Assembly (NCBI GenBank): GCA_029225065.1
Contig: JAQXVT010000050.1
Location: forward strand, 3,359-67,358
Source: Lachnospiraceae bacterium
Lineage (GTDB): Bacteria > Bacillota > Clostridia > Lachnospirales > Lachnospiraceae
Reading direction: 5' to 3'
Length of the DNA: 64,000 nt
In this document: one piece after another, positions 9,687-20,754 of the stretch
Position numbering within the stretch: the stretch's first letter is position 1
How the letters are laid out: the number at the start of each line of letters is the position of its first letter
Program-made: the position numbers and the translations under genes
Notes under the pieces: generated by a model
What the model was told of the DNA's origin: nothing
The model's database searches: none
What the model saw: only the letters and a program-made list of their open reading frames with translations

Positions 9687-10763
9687 TTACTCCTGCGCGG
9701 TCAGCTGCTTTAAATTTTCCTCACTGAAATAGTCGATGCGCATTGCATGGCGCACGTCGTCGAGGGTTTTTGCTGCTGTAGCGCGTGCTTTTTCACTGCC
9801 GGATTTCAGAATATCGAAGACATCCGCCGGGCGGCTCTCCCACATTTTGCGGCGCTCACGGATCGGTCCGAGTTCTGACTGCATGACGTTGTTCAGGAAT
9901 TTCTTTACCTTGACATCGCCAAGACCGCCGCGCTGATAGTGAGCTTTGAGTTCATCGAGGTTCTGGTATTCCGGAAGAAATTCTGCGAAATGCTCCGGAC
10001 GGCAGAAAGCATCGAGGTAGATGAAGACCGGATTGCCATCTGTACGGCCCGGATCCTGAACACGCAGATGGTTCGGGTCTGTGAACATGGACATAATCTT
10101 TTTGCGGACCTCTTCCGGCTCATCAGATAAATAAATGCAGTTGCCAAGAGATTTGCTCATCTTTGCTTTGCCGTCGATACCCGGCAGTCGCAGGCAGGCC
10201 TGGTTGTCCGGCAGGATGATCTGCGGATCGGTGAGCGTTTCACCGTAAACGGTGTTGAATTTGTGCACAATCTCCTTGCACTGCTCAAGCATCGGAAGCT
10301 GATCCTCCCCAACCGGAACAGCGGTAGCACGGAAGGCGGTAATGTCTGCCGCCTGGCTGATCGGGTAACAGAAAAATCCGACCGGAATGCTCGTCTCAAA
10401 ACCGCGCTGCTGGATCTCGGATTTTACCGTAGGATTGCGCTGTACGCGGGAAACGGTAACGAGATTCATATAGTAAAACGTAAGCTCAGTGAGCTCCGGA
10501 ACCATCGACTGGATAAAGATTGTGGATTTTTCCGGATCGAGTCCGCATGCAAGATAATCGAGTGCAACTTGCAGAATGTTCTGGCGCACTTTTTCCGGAT
10601 GCTCTGCATTGTCGGTCAGCGCCTGTGCATCGGCGATCATGATGTAGATTTCATCGTAATTTCCGGAATTCTGTAACTGGACACGTCTGGCAAGAGAGCC
10701 TACGTAATGTCCGACGTGAAGGCGGCCGGTTGGACGGTCACCTGTTAAAATAACCTGTTTCAT
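9687..10763 (-). CDS. trpS: Tryptophanyl-tRNA synthetase
   Basis: [13 protein letters not shown] (HIGH-type), VPVGEDQ and KMSKS motifs. Confidence 0.98.
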   Translation of the reverse strand: MKQVILTGDRPTGRLHVGHYVGSLARRVQLQNSGNYDEIYIMIADAQALTDNAEHPEKVRQNILQVALDYLACGLDPEKSTIFIQSMVPELTELTFYYMNLVTVSRVQRNPTVKSEIQQRGFETSIPVGFFCYPISQAADITAFRATAVPVGEDQLPMLEQCKEIVHKFNTVYGETLTDPQIILPDNQACLRLPGIDGKAKMSKSLGNCIYLSDEPEEVRKKIMSMFTDPNHLRVQDPGRTDGNPVFIYLDAFCRPEHFAEFLPEYQNLDELKAHYQRGGLGDVKVKKFLNNVMQSELGPIRERRKMWESRPADVFDILKSGSEKARATAAKTLDDVRHAMRIDYFSEENLKQLTAQE

Positions 10764-10800
10764 AATTTTAATGGAACTCCTTTCTGTAACCGGTACAGGA

Positions 10801-11568
10801 TTAAGATTCCGGAACTGCGTCCGGATAAAAAACGTCTACAAGAAACAGCGCATTCGGCGGAGCCGTAAAACCGGCGAGAGAGCGGTCAAGACCCTCCAGA
10901 ATCATCGGAATCTGAAAAGGCGCCCGATTCCCGGTGCCGACCTCGATCAGCGTGCCGGTGAGAATACGCACCATATTGTAGAGAAAACCGTCACCGTGAT
11001 AACGGATGCGCAGGATTCCATCCTGTTCTTCGATTGAAATATCAAAAATGGTGCGCACCGTTGACTTTTTCATGTGACGATTGGCACAGAAGCTTTTAAA
11101 ATCATGTGTGCCGATGAGATAAGAGGCAGCTTCTTTCATTTTTTCAATATTCAGCGGCTCTTCGATACGAAGAAGATAACGCCGGTCGAAAATATTTGCG
11201 ACAGCTCCGCAGTCAATGCGGTACTCGTAAATCTTGCTTGTGGCGGACAGCCTTGCATGAAACCGCTCCGGCGCCTTTTCAACGGCAAGTACACGAATGT
11301 CCTGCGGAAGATACTGATTAAAATACTGTTGAATCTGCGAACAGGAATGGCGGCTCAGCATTCGTGGGATACGGTAATTGGCAATCTGGCGCAGTGCATG
11401 CACACCGGCATCGGTACGTCCGGAGCCGTTCAGGTCGACAGGTTCGCCGTAAAGCTGCAGCAGGATCGCTTCAAGCTTTCCCTGAATCGTGTCCGCTGTA
11501 TTTCCCTGACGCTGCCAGCCATTGTAGCGGGTACCGTCATACTGTATCATAAGACAGAAATTCGCCAT
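10801..11568 (-). CDS. truA: tRNA pseudouridine(38-40) synthase
   Basis: [26 protein letters not shown]. Start MANF at 11568 has an AGGAGG RBS. Confidence 0.96.
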   Translation of the reverse strand: MANFCLMIQYDGTRYNGWQRQGNTADTIQGKLEAILLQLYGEPVDLNGSGRTDAGVHALRQIANYRIPRMLSRHSCSQIQQYFNQYLPQDIRVLAVEKAPERFHARLSATSKIYEYRIDCGAVANIFDRRYLLRIEEPLNIEKMKEAASYLIGTHDFKSFCANRHMKKSTVRTIFDISIEEQDGILRIRYHGDGFLYNMVRILTGTLIEVGTGNRAPFQIPMILEGLDRSLAGFTAPPNALFLVDVFYPDAVPES

Positions 11569-11788
11569 ACATTTCCTCCTCTTTTTTCTGCTGTATGCCC
11601 GGATCCTTTCCTGCGCTTGTTCAGGCACAAAAAGATTTCGAGAATACATCTGTATGATAGGATAACAAGTTTGCGGGGGAAAATCAAGTGCGAAGGATGG
11701 TTTCAAGGGGAAATCGTGTCGGTTTCAGGTTGAAATAGGAGGGGGAAATCAGGTATACTGAGAGAAGTGCGGTGCCTCAGAACGGGAG

Positions 11789-11877
11789 AAAGTGACCGGG
11801 AAATGAGAGAGAAGAAATGAAGTGTCCGTTAAAACTGAAAAAGTGACCGCGAAAATGAAGAAAGTGACCGAAAAATG
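11789..11877 (+). repeat. Four imperfect direct repeats AAGTG(A/T)CCG
   Basis: Core starts at 11791, 11821, 11842 and 11863 (spacing 30, 21, 21 bp), downstream of a TTGAAA-18-TATACT promoter-like sequence. Confidence 0.75.
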
Positions 11878-11912
11878 GACGTGGTAGAAGAAAATTTATA
11901 CAGATAGAAAGA

Positions 11913-12503
11913 ATGGGAAAAACCATGGAGGAGAAATCAACAGAATTTGAAGAAATAAACAGAAAAAAGAGGGAGGAAATTGAGCAGCAGCTTCTTGACC
12001 TCCCAATTGTGCAGTACGCGTGGCTGTCGGAAGAAGACATTCCATTTTCCGATCATGTTCGTGAAATCTGCCGGAAAGAATGTCCGCGCTATGGGAAGAG
12101 CTGGTCCTGCCCGCCTGGAGTTGGAACCGTAAAGGAATGTCAGGAACGATGCAGCCATTTTTCAGAGGTATTTGTATTTACGACGATCGCAGAGGTGGCG
12201 GATGTCGATAATCTGGAGGAGACTCTTGCGACGCGGCCGGAGCACGAGGCAGTGACAAAAAGAGTGCAGGAGATTCTGCATCCGTATTTTGGAAAAACGC
12301 TTGCGCTCTCTGCGCAGTCCTGTGAGATCTGCGAGAAATGTGCCTACCCAGATGGTCCGTGCCGTTATCCGGATCAGATGATGCCCTGTGTGGAAGGATA
12401 TGGGATTGTAGTGCTGCCGCTGGCGGAAAAGGCAGGAATTGAGTTTATGAACGGAGCAGGGATCGTGACATGGTTTGGGATGGTGATGCTGTCGTCGGAG
12501 TAA
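11913..12503 (+). CDS. DUF2284-like predicted metal-binding protein
   Basis: CxxxCxxYGKSWSCPP, CxxCxxC and CRYP...MMPCVEGYGI Cys pattern. Confidence 0.8.
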   Translation: MGKTMEEKSTEFEEINRKKREEIEQQLLDLPIVQYAWLSEEDIPFSDHVREICRKECPRYGKSWSCPPGVGTVKECQERCSHFSEVFVFTTIAEVADVDNLEETLATRPEHEAVTKRVQEILHPYFGKTLALSAQSCEICEKCAYPDGPCRYPDQMMPCVEGYGIVVLPLAEKAGIEFMNGAGIVTWFGMVMLSSE

Positions 12504-12565
12504 AAGGTGGTGTCAATTACGGAAGGGGCTTCTGAAAGGGGTGTTAGATTCAAAAAATGTCCGAT

Positions 12566-12593
12566 TTCACAGAAACACCACATTTTAATCACA
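12566..12593 (+). promoter_or_regulatory. Putative OmpR/PhoB-family binding array upstream of htrA
   Basis: TTCACA, ACCACA and ATCACA at exact 11-bp periodicity. Confidence 0.4.
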
Positions 12594-12745
12594 ATTCAGT
12601 CAAAGGAAGCCGTTATACTGTCAGCATAAAGTAAAGGAAAAGGATAACAGGAACGAAAGAAAGCAAAGAAAGGCTTCGGATGAATAAAACCGAATGCCAG
12701 AGTTTCCTGGGGTTTCTGAGGTACAAAGACAAGGAGGTCTTATAT

Positions 12746-13975
12746 ATGAAAAAACAGACATTGATTTCTCTTTTATGTGCAGGCGTTTTAACGGCAGGTG
12801 CAGTCACAGGACTGATGGGATTTGCAAATATTAATACTGCAACTGATATTTCAACTACAAGCGACAAGAAAGTGGAGCTGATTTCCAGTTCCGATATTGA
12901 TACCGCTGAGGTTTCCACAGATGGTACGATTACAGGAGTCAGCGATGTGGCAGCGGCAGTGATGCCGGCAGTCGTATCGATTACAAATAAATCCGTGCAG
13001 GAGGTACAGAATTACTTCAGCAGATATGGATACGGCGCTCCGTCCTATACGGAGGAAAGCACGAGCGCAGGCTCCGGAATCATCATCGGACAGAACGACG
13101 ATGAGCTGCTGATCTGCACCAACAACCACGTAGTAGAGAATGCAACCGAGCTTACCGTTGGTTTTGCGGATGACTCGGCATACGAGGCAGTAGTCAAAGG
13201 AACCGATGCAGCAAACGATCTGGCAGTTGTAGCAGTTAAGCTGGATGACATTTCTGATGACACGATGGATGCGATCAAGATCGCAGAGATCGGTGATTCC
13301 GATGAGCTGCTGGTTGGTCAGCAGGTTGTCGCAATCGGTAATGCACTTGGTTATGGCCAGTCAGTAACGACCGGTATCGTCAGCGCTCTGAACCGTACGA
13401 TCGAGATCGAGGGCAACGAGCAGACACTGATCCAGACAGATGCAGCAATCAACCCGGGCAACAGCGGCGGCGCACTGCTTGACATGCAGGGCAGAGTCAT
13501 CGGTATCAACTCCGCAAAGGCATCTGCAAACGGAGTTGAAGGTATGGGCTATGCAATCCCGATCTCTACGGCAAAACCGATTCTTGAGGATCTGATGAAC
13601 AAGAAGACAAGAACCGAGACAGTCAGCGAAGAAGACAGTGCTTACATTGGAATTTCCGGTCAGGCAGTTTCAAATGAGATGTCAGAGCTGTACGGTATTC
13701 CGGAAGGAATTTATATCACAGATGTCAGTGAAGACAGCCCGGCAGAGGACGCAGGTCTGAAGAAGGGTGACATCATCACAAAGTTTGATGGCAGCAGTGT
13801 GACAAGCATGTCCGCTTTGAAAGAGACACTTGCTTACTATGCAGCCGGCGAGGAAGTTCCGGTTACCATCAGCCGCCAGTCCGGTGATGGATATGAGGAG
13901 CAGCAGGTTACTCTGACACTGGGTGCACTGGCAGATTATCAGAGTCAGGCAGACGACAGTAATTCAGGTAAGTAA
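12746..13975 (+). CDS. htrA: HtrA/DegP serine protease with PDZ domain
   Basis: TNNHVV, DLAVV and TDAAINPGNSGG catalytic triad, C-terminal PDZ. Start MKKQ has an AAGGAGG RBS. Confidence 0.95.
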   Translation: MKKQTLISLLCAGVLTAGAVTGLMGFANINTATDISTTSDKKVELISSSDIDTAEVSTDGTITGVSDVAAAVMPAVVSITNKSVQEVQNYFSRYGYGAPSYTEESTSAGSGIIIGQNDDELLICTNNHVVENATELTVGFADDSAYEAVVKGTDAANDLAVVAVKLDDISDDTMDAIKIAEIGDSDELLVGQQVVAIGNALGYGQSVTTGIVSALNRTIEIEGNEQTLIQTDAAINPGNSGGALLDMQGRVIGINSAKASANGVEGMGYAIPISTAKPILEDLMNKKTRTETVSEEDSAYIGISGQAVSNEMSELYGIPEGIYITDVSEDSPAEDAGLKKGDIITKFDGSSVTSMSALKETLAYYAAGEEVPVTISRQSGDGYEEQQVTLTLGALADYQSQADDSNSGK

Positions 13976-14029
13976 AATACATTGAGATGGCACAACTTTA
14001 AAGTAATAGCGTATTGATGCAAAAAATAA

Positions 14030-14058
14030 TTGCCAAATGATTTTTGGTAGTGTATAAT
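14030..14058 (+). promoter_or_regulatory. Sigma-A promoter of gdhA
   Basis: TTGCCA-17-TATAAT with extended -10 TG. Confidence 0.8.
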
Positions 14059-14089
14059 AATCGCATGTGTGTGACGGAGCAGACATAGG

Positions 14090-14178
14090 TACCCGCGGCG
14101 CAGCCGCGGGTATTTTGGGTTATAAAGCAGATGGAGTACAGCCCGCCAAAGGACGACGTAATCTGCTTTGCTATAACC
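14090..14178 (+). ncRNA. Candidate structured 5' leader of gdhA
   Basis: Perfect 10-bp hairpin followed by TTTT, then a ~15-bp interrupted stem (14118-14132 with 14161-14178). Confidence 0.45.
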
Positions 14179-14235
14179 GGATATCCGTGAGGAGACGCGG
14201 TGGAGAAGACTGTGTTTTCTAAGTATACCGCATAA

Positions 14236-15600
<1,365 letters not shown>

Positions 15601-15690
15601 AATTTGAACGCAGATCGCGAAGCGGATTGTGAATGTCCGCTTTACATCAAAACAGGATAAAAGGCAGATCGTCAGGAGCTGCCAGGGTGA

Positions 15691-15727
15691 GGACCGGAAT
15701 TTCAGACCAGGGATTCCGGTTCTTTTT
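15691..15727 (+). terminator. Intrinsic terminator after gdhA
   Basis: GGACCGGAAT / ATTCCGGTTC stem followed by a T run. Confidence 0.75.
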
Positions 15728-15786
15728 GCCTCAATTCAGGCAGATCCCACATGGGACTAAATGACTTAAGTTTTCAGCAAAATCGC

Positions 15787-15815
15787 TTGCGTAAAAAAAG
15801 GGCGTATTATATAAT
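15787..15815 (+). promoter_or_regulatory. Sigma-A promoter of the methyltransferase-GH3-sensor operon
   Basis: TTGCGT-17-TATAAT. Confidence 0.7.
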
Positions 15816-15854
15816 GAAATCGAAAAACTGTGTGAAACGAAATGGAAAATAGAA

Positions 15855-16436
15855 ATGACTTGGGTAGAATGGACTGGAAGTGCAGGATTTCTGTGCTATT
15901 TTCTTTATGATATCAACAGTGTTACATGGAAAAACCGGCTGCTTCAGAGATTCTTTTTGCTTGGAACTCTGCTAGTGGCTTTTTCTAGTGCCGGAATTGT
16001 GGCAGATGGCTGGAATGTGATGAAAAATCAGCCGGTGCGCACAATTGTTTTTGGGCTTTTGGCATTGTTCTGGCTGGCACTTCTGGTATATACTCTGTTT
16101 TTTGCACTGCCGTTTCAGGAAACGTATCTGGAGAAGAATCAGAAAAGAAAAACCTACACGGAAGGAATGTATGCGCTGTGTCGCCATCCAGGAGTGCTGT
16201 GGTTCGCTCTTTTTTATCTGTCCCTTGCGTTGCTGCTTGGTACGTCATGTGCAGTAAAAACCGGCTGTCTTTTAACCGCCTGGGATGTGTGCTATATCTG
16301 TTTGCAGGATATGGTGATCTTCCCGCGGACTTTTTGCGATTATAAGGAGTATAAAAAAACGACGCCATTTCTCTTCCCAAATCGGAAAAGCGTGGGGAAG
16401 TGTCTTAGATTCTTCGGGAAGGAGAGAAAAAAATGA
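15855..16436 (+). CDS. Isoprenylcysteine carboxyl methyltransferase / PEMT-like membrane protein
   Basis: About 4-5 TM helices, GMYALCRHP (G-x-Y-x3-RHP) and YKEYKKTTPFLFP C-terminal motifs. Confidence 0.7.
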   Translation: MTWVEWTGSAGFLCYFLYDINSVTWKNRLLQRFFLLGTLLVAFSSAGIVADGWNVMKNQPVRTIVFGLLALFWLALLVYTLFFALPFQETYLEKNQKRKTYTEGMYALCRHPGVLWFALFYLSLALLLGTSCAVKTGCLLTAWDVCYICLQDMVIFPRTFCDYKEYKKTTPFLFPNRKSVGKCLRFFGKERKK

Positions 16437-18052
16437 GCCTTGGTGAACGGCTGCAGAAGCAGGAGTACCGTGAAATCTGGAATCAGTACTGTGGATTTCT
16501 GGATTTAAGTATCAGTGAATACATGAATATTCAGAAGCGTTTGATGGAAGAACAGATGGAGCTTTTTTGCAGCTGCGGGCTTGGGGCATCAATTTTAAAG
16601 GGAAAGAAGCCGCGGACGATCGAGGAGTTTCGGAAAATGGTTCCTCTGACGACGTATGAGGATTATGCAGATATTTTGCTGCAAAAGCAGGCACAGAGCC
16701 TTCCCGGTAATCCGGTAATCTGGATTCAGACAACATGGGAAGGCGGAAAACATCCGACGAAGGCAGCACCGTATACAAGAAGTATGCTGGATACCTTTCG
16801 AAATAATGTAGTAGCGTGTCTTCTGCTGGCAACGAGCCGGGAAAAGGGACATTTTTCCTACGAAGAAGGAGACAAGATGCTTTACGGGCTGGCACCATTG
16901 CCGTACGCAACGGGGCTTTTGCCGCTGTTGCTCGGAGAGGAGACGGATATCCGGTTCCTGCCGGATGTAAAAGACGCAGTCAATATGACGTTTAGCCAGC
17001 GCAATAAGCTGGGCTTCAAGCTGGCGCTGCAAAAAGATGTAGAGCTCTTTTTTGGCCTCGGCAGTGTGGCATATGCGGTGAGCCAGAGCCTGACTGCAGG
17101 GGGAAGCGGAAACAGTGATCTGTCAGAGCTTTTGAAGTGTGAGCCGCATATGCTTTACCGCATGGCAAAGGCAAAGCGTCTCAGTAAAAAGGAAGGTCGT
17201 CCGATCCTGCCGCGGGACCTGTTTGGATTAAAAGGATTTATGGTGGCAGGCACAGACAACCGCTGCTATAAAGATGAGCTGGAACAGCTTTGGGGTGTCC
17301 GGCCAATGGAAATCTTTGCGGGGACAGAGCCATCCCTGATCGGTACGGAAAGCTGGACACGTGACGGGATGTACTTTTTTCCTGACAGCTGCTTCTACGA
17401 ATTTATTACGGAAAAGGATATGGAGGAGCTGGAGGAGCACCCGGATTTCGTGCCGCAGACACTTCTGATGGACGAAGTGGCAGCCGGTGAAAAGTATGAG
17501 CTGGTACTGACTGTATTAAAGGGCGGAGCGTTTGCAAGGTATCGATGCGGGGATATGTACCGGTGCGTTGGGCTGTCAAACAGGGAGGATGGAACACGGA
17601 TTCCACGGTTTGAATACATCGACCGTGTGCCTTCGATCATTGATATTGCAGGCTTTACAAGAATTTCAGAAAACGGGATCAAAAGTGCGATCCGCCTGTC
17701 TGGACTACCGGTAGCGGATTGGGTGGCAGCAAAGGAATTTAATGAAAAGAACCGTCCATTTTTGCATCTGTATGTGGAAGTGGAACGAGGTGCGTTCACG
17801 CAGCAGGCGGTGAGTGCTGAGATTTTAAAAGAAATATTGTCCACATATTTTAAATACATCGACCAGGACTACCGTGACCTGAAAAAGATTCTCGGGATGG
17901 ATCCGCTGGTCGTGACAATTCTGCGATGCGGAAGCTTTGACGCATACAGGGAGAAAAAAGAAAAGGGAATCCGGCATATGAATCCTCCGAAGCGAGAACT
18001 GGCAGAGCTGATTCGGATGCAGGAGAGCAACTGGGAATACGGGCGGAGATAA
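16433..18052 (+). CDS. GH3-family acyl-adenylate/amido ligase-like protein
   Basis: FRKMVPLTTYEDY, TTWEGGKHPTKAAP (P-loop-like), FAGTE, YFFPDSCFYEFI, KYELVLT...ARYRCGD. ATGA overlap with the previous gene. Confidence 0.8.
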   Translation: MSLGERLQKQEYREIWNQYCGFLDLSISEYMNIQKRLMEEQMELFCSCGLGASILKGKKPRTIEEFRKMVPLTTYEDYADILLQKQAQSLPGNPVIWIQTTWEGGKHPTKAAPYTRSMLDTFRNNVVACLLLATSREKGHFSYEEGDKMLYGLAPLPYATGLLPLLLGEETDIRFLPDVKDAVNMTFSQRNKLGFKLALQKDVELFFGLGSVAYAVSQSLTAGGSGNSDLSELLKCEPHMLYRMAKAKRLSKKEGRPILPRDLFGLKGFMVAGTDNRCYKDELEQLWGVRPMEIFAGTEPSLIGTESWTRDGMYFFPDSCFYEFITEKDMEELEEHPDFVPQTLLMDEVAAGEKYELVLTVLKGGAFARYRCGDMYRCVGLSNREDGTRIPRFEYIDRVPSIIDIAGFTRISENGIKSAIRLSGLPVADWVAAKEFNEKNRPFLHLYVEVERGAFTQQAVSAEILKEILSTYFKYIDQDYRDLKKILGMDPLVVTILRCGSFDAYREKKEKGIRHMNPPKRELAELIRMQESNWEYGRR

Positions 18053-18056
18053 AACG

Positions 18057-20576
18057 ATGGGAACTTATGGATATATTTCATGCATAGCGCTTTTTTGTTA
18101 CGTTTTCATGCTGCTTCTGATGCTGGCAGCACGAAGAAATAAGATCGCAAACAGCTTTCTGATTCTGCTCATTGCGATGATCTGCTGGACCGGCGGTTCA
18201 CTTTTGATGAGAAATCTGTTCTGGCCCGGATATGTGTTTTGGTATCACGTATCCCTGTTCGGGCTGTTTGCGCTGCCGTTTGGGTATTACCGGTTTATCA
18301 CAGAGTTCGCCGGCAAGACCAGAAAAGGGGGCTGCATCTTTTACGGTGCACTGTATTTGCTGCTGTTTGCATTGAATGTGCCGCACGGTCTTTTTCTGGC
18401 ACCGCCGCAGCTGTTGCAGGAAAATGGAAGAACCGCGTTTGTCTATCGAACGAACTGGCACGTCGCTCTGCTCTTTGTGGCAGGTGGGCTGACCGTGGTA
18501 CATATTTTGAGTGTGCTGCTGCGTTTTTGCCGGAAAAACCGGACGATGGGAAAACAGTTTCAACCGATTATTATCGGTATCTGCTTTCTGTTTGCAGGGC
18601 AGCTGGCGCTTTTAATACCTGTATTTGAGGGATTTCCGATTGATATTCTGGCGGGACTTGTCAATGCCTTCCTGATTTTGTATGCACTGATCAGGCGCAG
18701 GCTGTTTCAGCTGCGGCTTCTGGCGTCAGAGGGCCTGTGCTACGGTGTCGGACTTTTGCTGAATTTTGTCCTCTATTTCAATCTTTCTCCTTACCTGACG
18801 AAGGTACTGGAGCGAATCCTTCCGGAAAACTCCAGCTACGATTCCCTGGCATTTGCCGTCTGCTTTCTCGGCACGGCGATGCTCCTCGCGTTTGTATGGC
18901 GGGAGATTATGAAGAACGTGTTTGTAAAGGAAGAGCTGCAGCAGGCAGAGGATCTGAAAAATTTCAGTGAAGCGGTATCAAAGAGCCTTTGTGTACGCGA
19001 GATTTTAGGTGAGATTATCCGTGTCATTCAAAGGACAATTCAGGTGGAGGGAATTTATATCTGCATCCAGCAGTTGCCGGATGGTGATTATCAGACGGAA
19101 TACAGCGACCGTCCGTTGGATGACCGATCATTTGTCCTGAAAAAGGACAACCCAATGGTATGCTGGCTGAAAAAAAGCGAAGGCATTTTGATGCGTGAAT
19201 TCCGCACAACAGTTGAGTACAAGGCGATGTGGGAGACAGAAAAAAAGCAGCTGAGGGACCGGAAGATTGAAGCCTGCATTGGACTGAAGGACGATGAGGA
19301 ACTTGTGGGTGTCCTTCTCCTTGGAGAGAAGAAGGGCCGCAAAAAGCTGGATAATAATGATCTTAAATTGATGAACTCCATTGCCTCTGTGGCTTCGATT
19401 GCGATCAAAAACGCAAGGCTGTATGAGCATGCATATTATGAAGCGAGAACGGACGAGCTGACAGGTCTTTTGAACAGGAAATATTTTACAGAAGTACTGA
19501 ATGAAGAATTTGAAAAAAATAAAGATGGATCTCTTGCGCTGGTGTTGATCAATCTGGATGATTTCAAGCTTTACAATCAGCTGTACGGGACGAGGCAGGG
19601 CGATGAGACGCTGCGTCAGGTAGGTGAGGTAATCCGGGCAAGTGTAGGGGAGAATGGATATGTGGCGAGATATACCGGAAAGGAATTCGCCGTTTTACTT
19701 CCCAAATACGATGTTTACGGGGCAAAAAGTCTGACGGAATCCATCCAGAAGCAGATTTTCTATATGAATCAGCACTCGGCGGACTGTAAACTGAAGGTGC
19801 TGACAATCAGTGCGGGAATCAGCGCAGCGCCGTACGCAGCACGGACCGTCAAGGAGCTTCTGGAGAATGTGGATATGGCCGTTTATCATGTAAAACGAAA
19901 CGGCAAAAACGGAATCAAGGTATTTGATACCCTGATCCAGGAAAATCTGACCGCAAAAGAGGAGCAGACCGATCACGAGCATATTTATCAGGAGTATGAA
20001 TCCACAATCTATGCGCTGACGGCAGCGATTGACACGAAGGATCACTATACCTTCCAGCACTCCAAAAATGTAGCTTATTATGCAGCTGAGCTGGCCAGGG
20101 CACTGAATCTGAATTCCGATGTGATCGAGATTGTACGGCAGGCGGCACTGCTGCATGACATCGGCAAGATCGGCATTCCGGAAAGTATTTTGAACAAGCC
20201 GGGCAAGCTGACAGATGAGGAATATGAGGTGATCAAAGGCCACGTCGAGGCATCAATCGGAATTATCCGTCATCTGCCATCTCTGGATTATGTCATTCCG
20301 GCGGTCATTGGCCATCATGAACGTTACGACGGAAAAGGCTATCCACGGCGGATCGCGGGAGAAAACATTCCTCTGACTGCACGAATCCTGTGCGTGGCAG
20401 ATTCCTTCGATGCAATGACTTCAAAACGGTGCTACAAGGAGGGAATTCCGGTAGAACGTGTGCTGAAGATTTTGCGGGAGGAAGAAGGCCGCCAGTTTGA
20501 TCCGAAGCTGGCTCGCGTATTTGAAGGTCTGGTCGAAAACGGAACCATACATGTAGTAAAAGAGCCGGCTGTTTGA
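18057..20576 (+). CDS. Membrane sensor with HisKA_7TM-like, GAF, degenerate GGDEF and HD-GYP domains
   Basis: Polytopic N-terminus, GAF-like LVGVLLLG segment, TDELTGLLNR...RYTGKEF, LLHDIGK and HHERYDGKGYP. Confidence 0.88.
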   Translation: MGTYGYISCIALFCYVFMLLLMLAARRNKIANSFLILLIAMICWTGGSLLMRNLFWPGYVFWYHVSLFGLFALPFGYYRFITEFAGKTRKGGCIFYGALYLLLFALNVPHGLFLAPPQLLQENGRTAFVYRTNWHVALLFVAGGLTVVHILSVLLRFCRKNRTMGKQFQPIIIGICFLFAGQLALLIPVFEGFPIDILAGLVNAFLILYALIRRRLFQLRLLASEGLCYGVGLLLNFVLYFNLSPYLTKVLERILPENSSYDSLAFAVCFLGTAMLLAFVWREIMKNVFVKEELQQAEDLKNFSEAVSKSLCVREILGEIIRVIQRTIQVEGIYICIQQLPDGDYQTEYSDRPLDDRSFVLKKDNPMVCWLKKSEGILMREFRTTVEYKAMWETEKKQLRDRKIEACIGLKDDEELVGVLLLGEKKGRKKLDNNDLKLMNSIASVASIAIKNARLYEHAYYEARTDELTGLLNRKYFTEVLNEEFEKNKDGSLALVLINLDDFKLYNQLYGTRQGDETLRQVGEVIRASVGENGYVARYTGKEFAVLLPKYDVYGAKSLTESIQKQIFYMNQHSADCKLKVLTISAGISAAPYAARTVKELLENVDMAVYHVKRNGKNGIKVFDTLIQENLTAKEEQTDHEHIYQEYESTIYALTAAIDTKDHYTFQHSKNVAYYAAELARALNLNSDVIEIVRQAALLHDIGKIGIPESILNKPGKLTDEEYEVIKGHVEASIGIIRHLPSLDYVIPAVIGHHERYDGKGYPRRIAGENIPLTARILCVADSFDAMTSKRCYKEGIPVERVLKILREEEGRQFDPKLARVFEGLVENGTIHVVKEPAV

Positions 20577-20754
20577 CACCGGCTTGTTGCGACCTATCAG
20601 GGTGCATATGAGCGGTTCTGCGAATCATCAAAATAACAAAAGCGAATAAGAAGTAAAAGAATTCCTCCAAAACGGATAAGTGAAAAAGAAAAGACCCAGA
20701 AAACAATGCAGACTGTAAAGCAGAGGTTTACCAAAAAGAAAGTGAGGAAATGTT

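Noticed and set aside
10763-10801. T-box leader for trpS
   Set aside because: Only 37 nt separate truA from trpS, leaving no room, and there is no T-box sequence.
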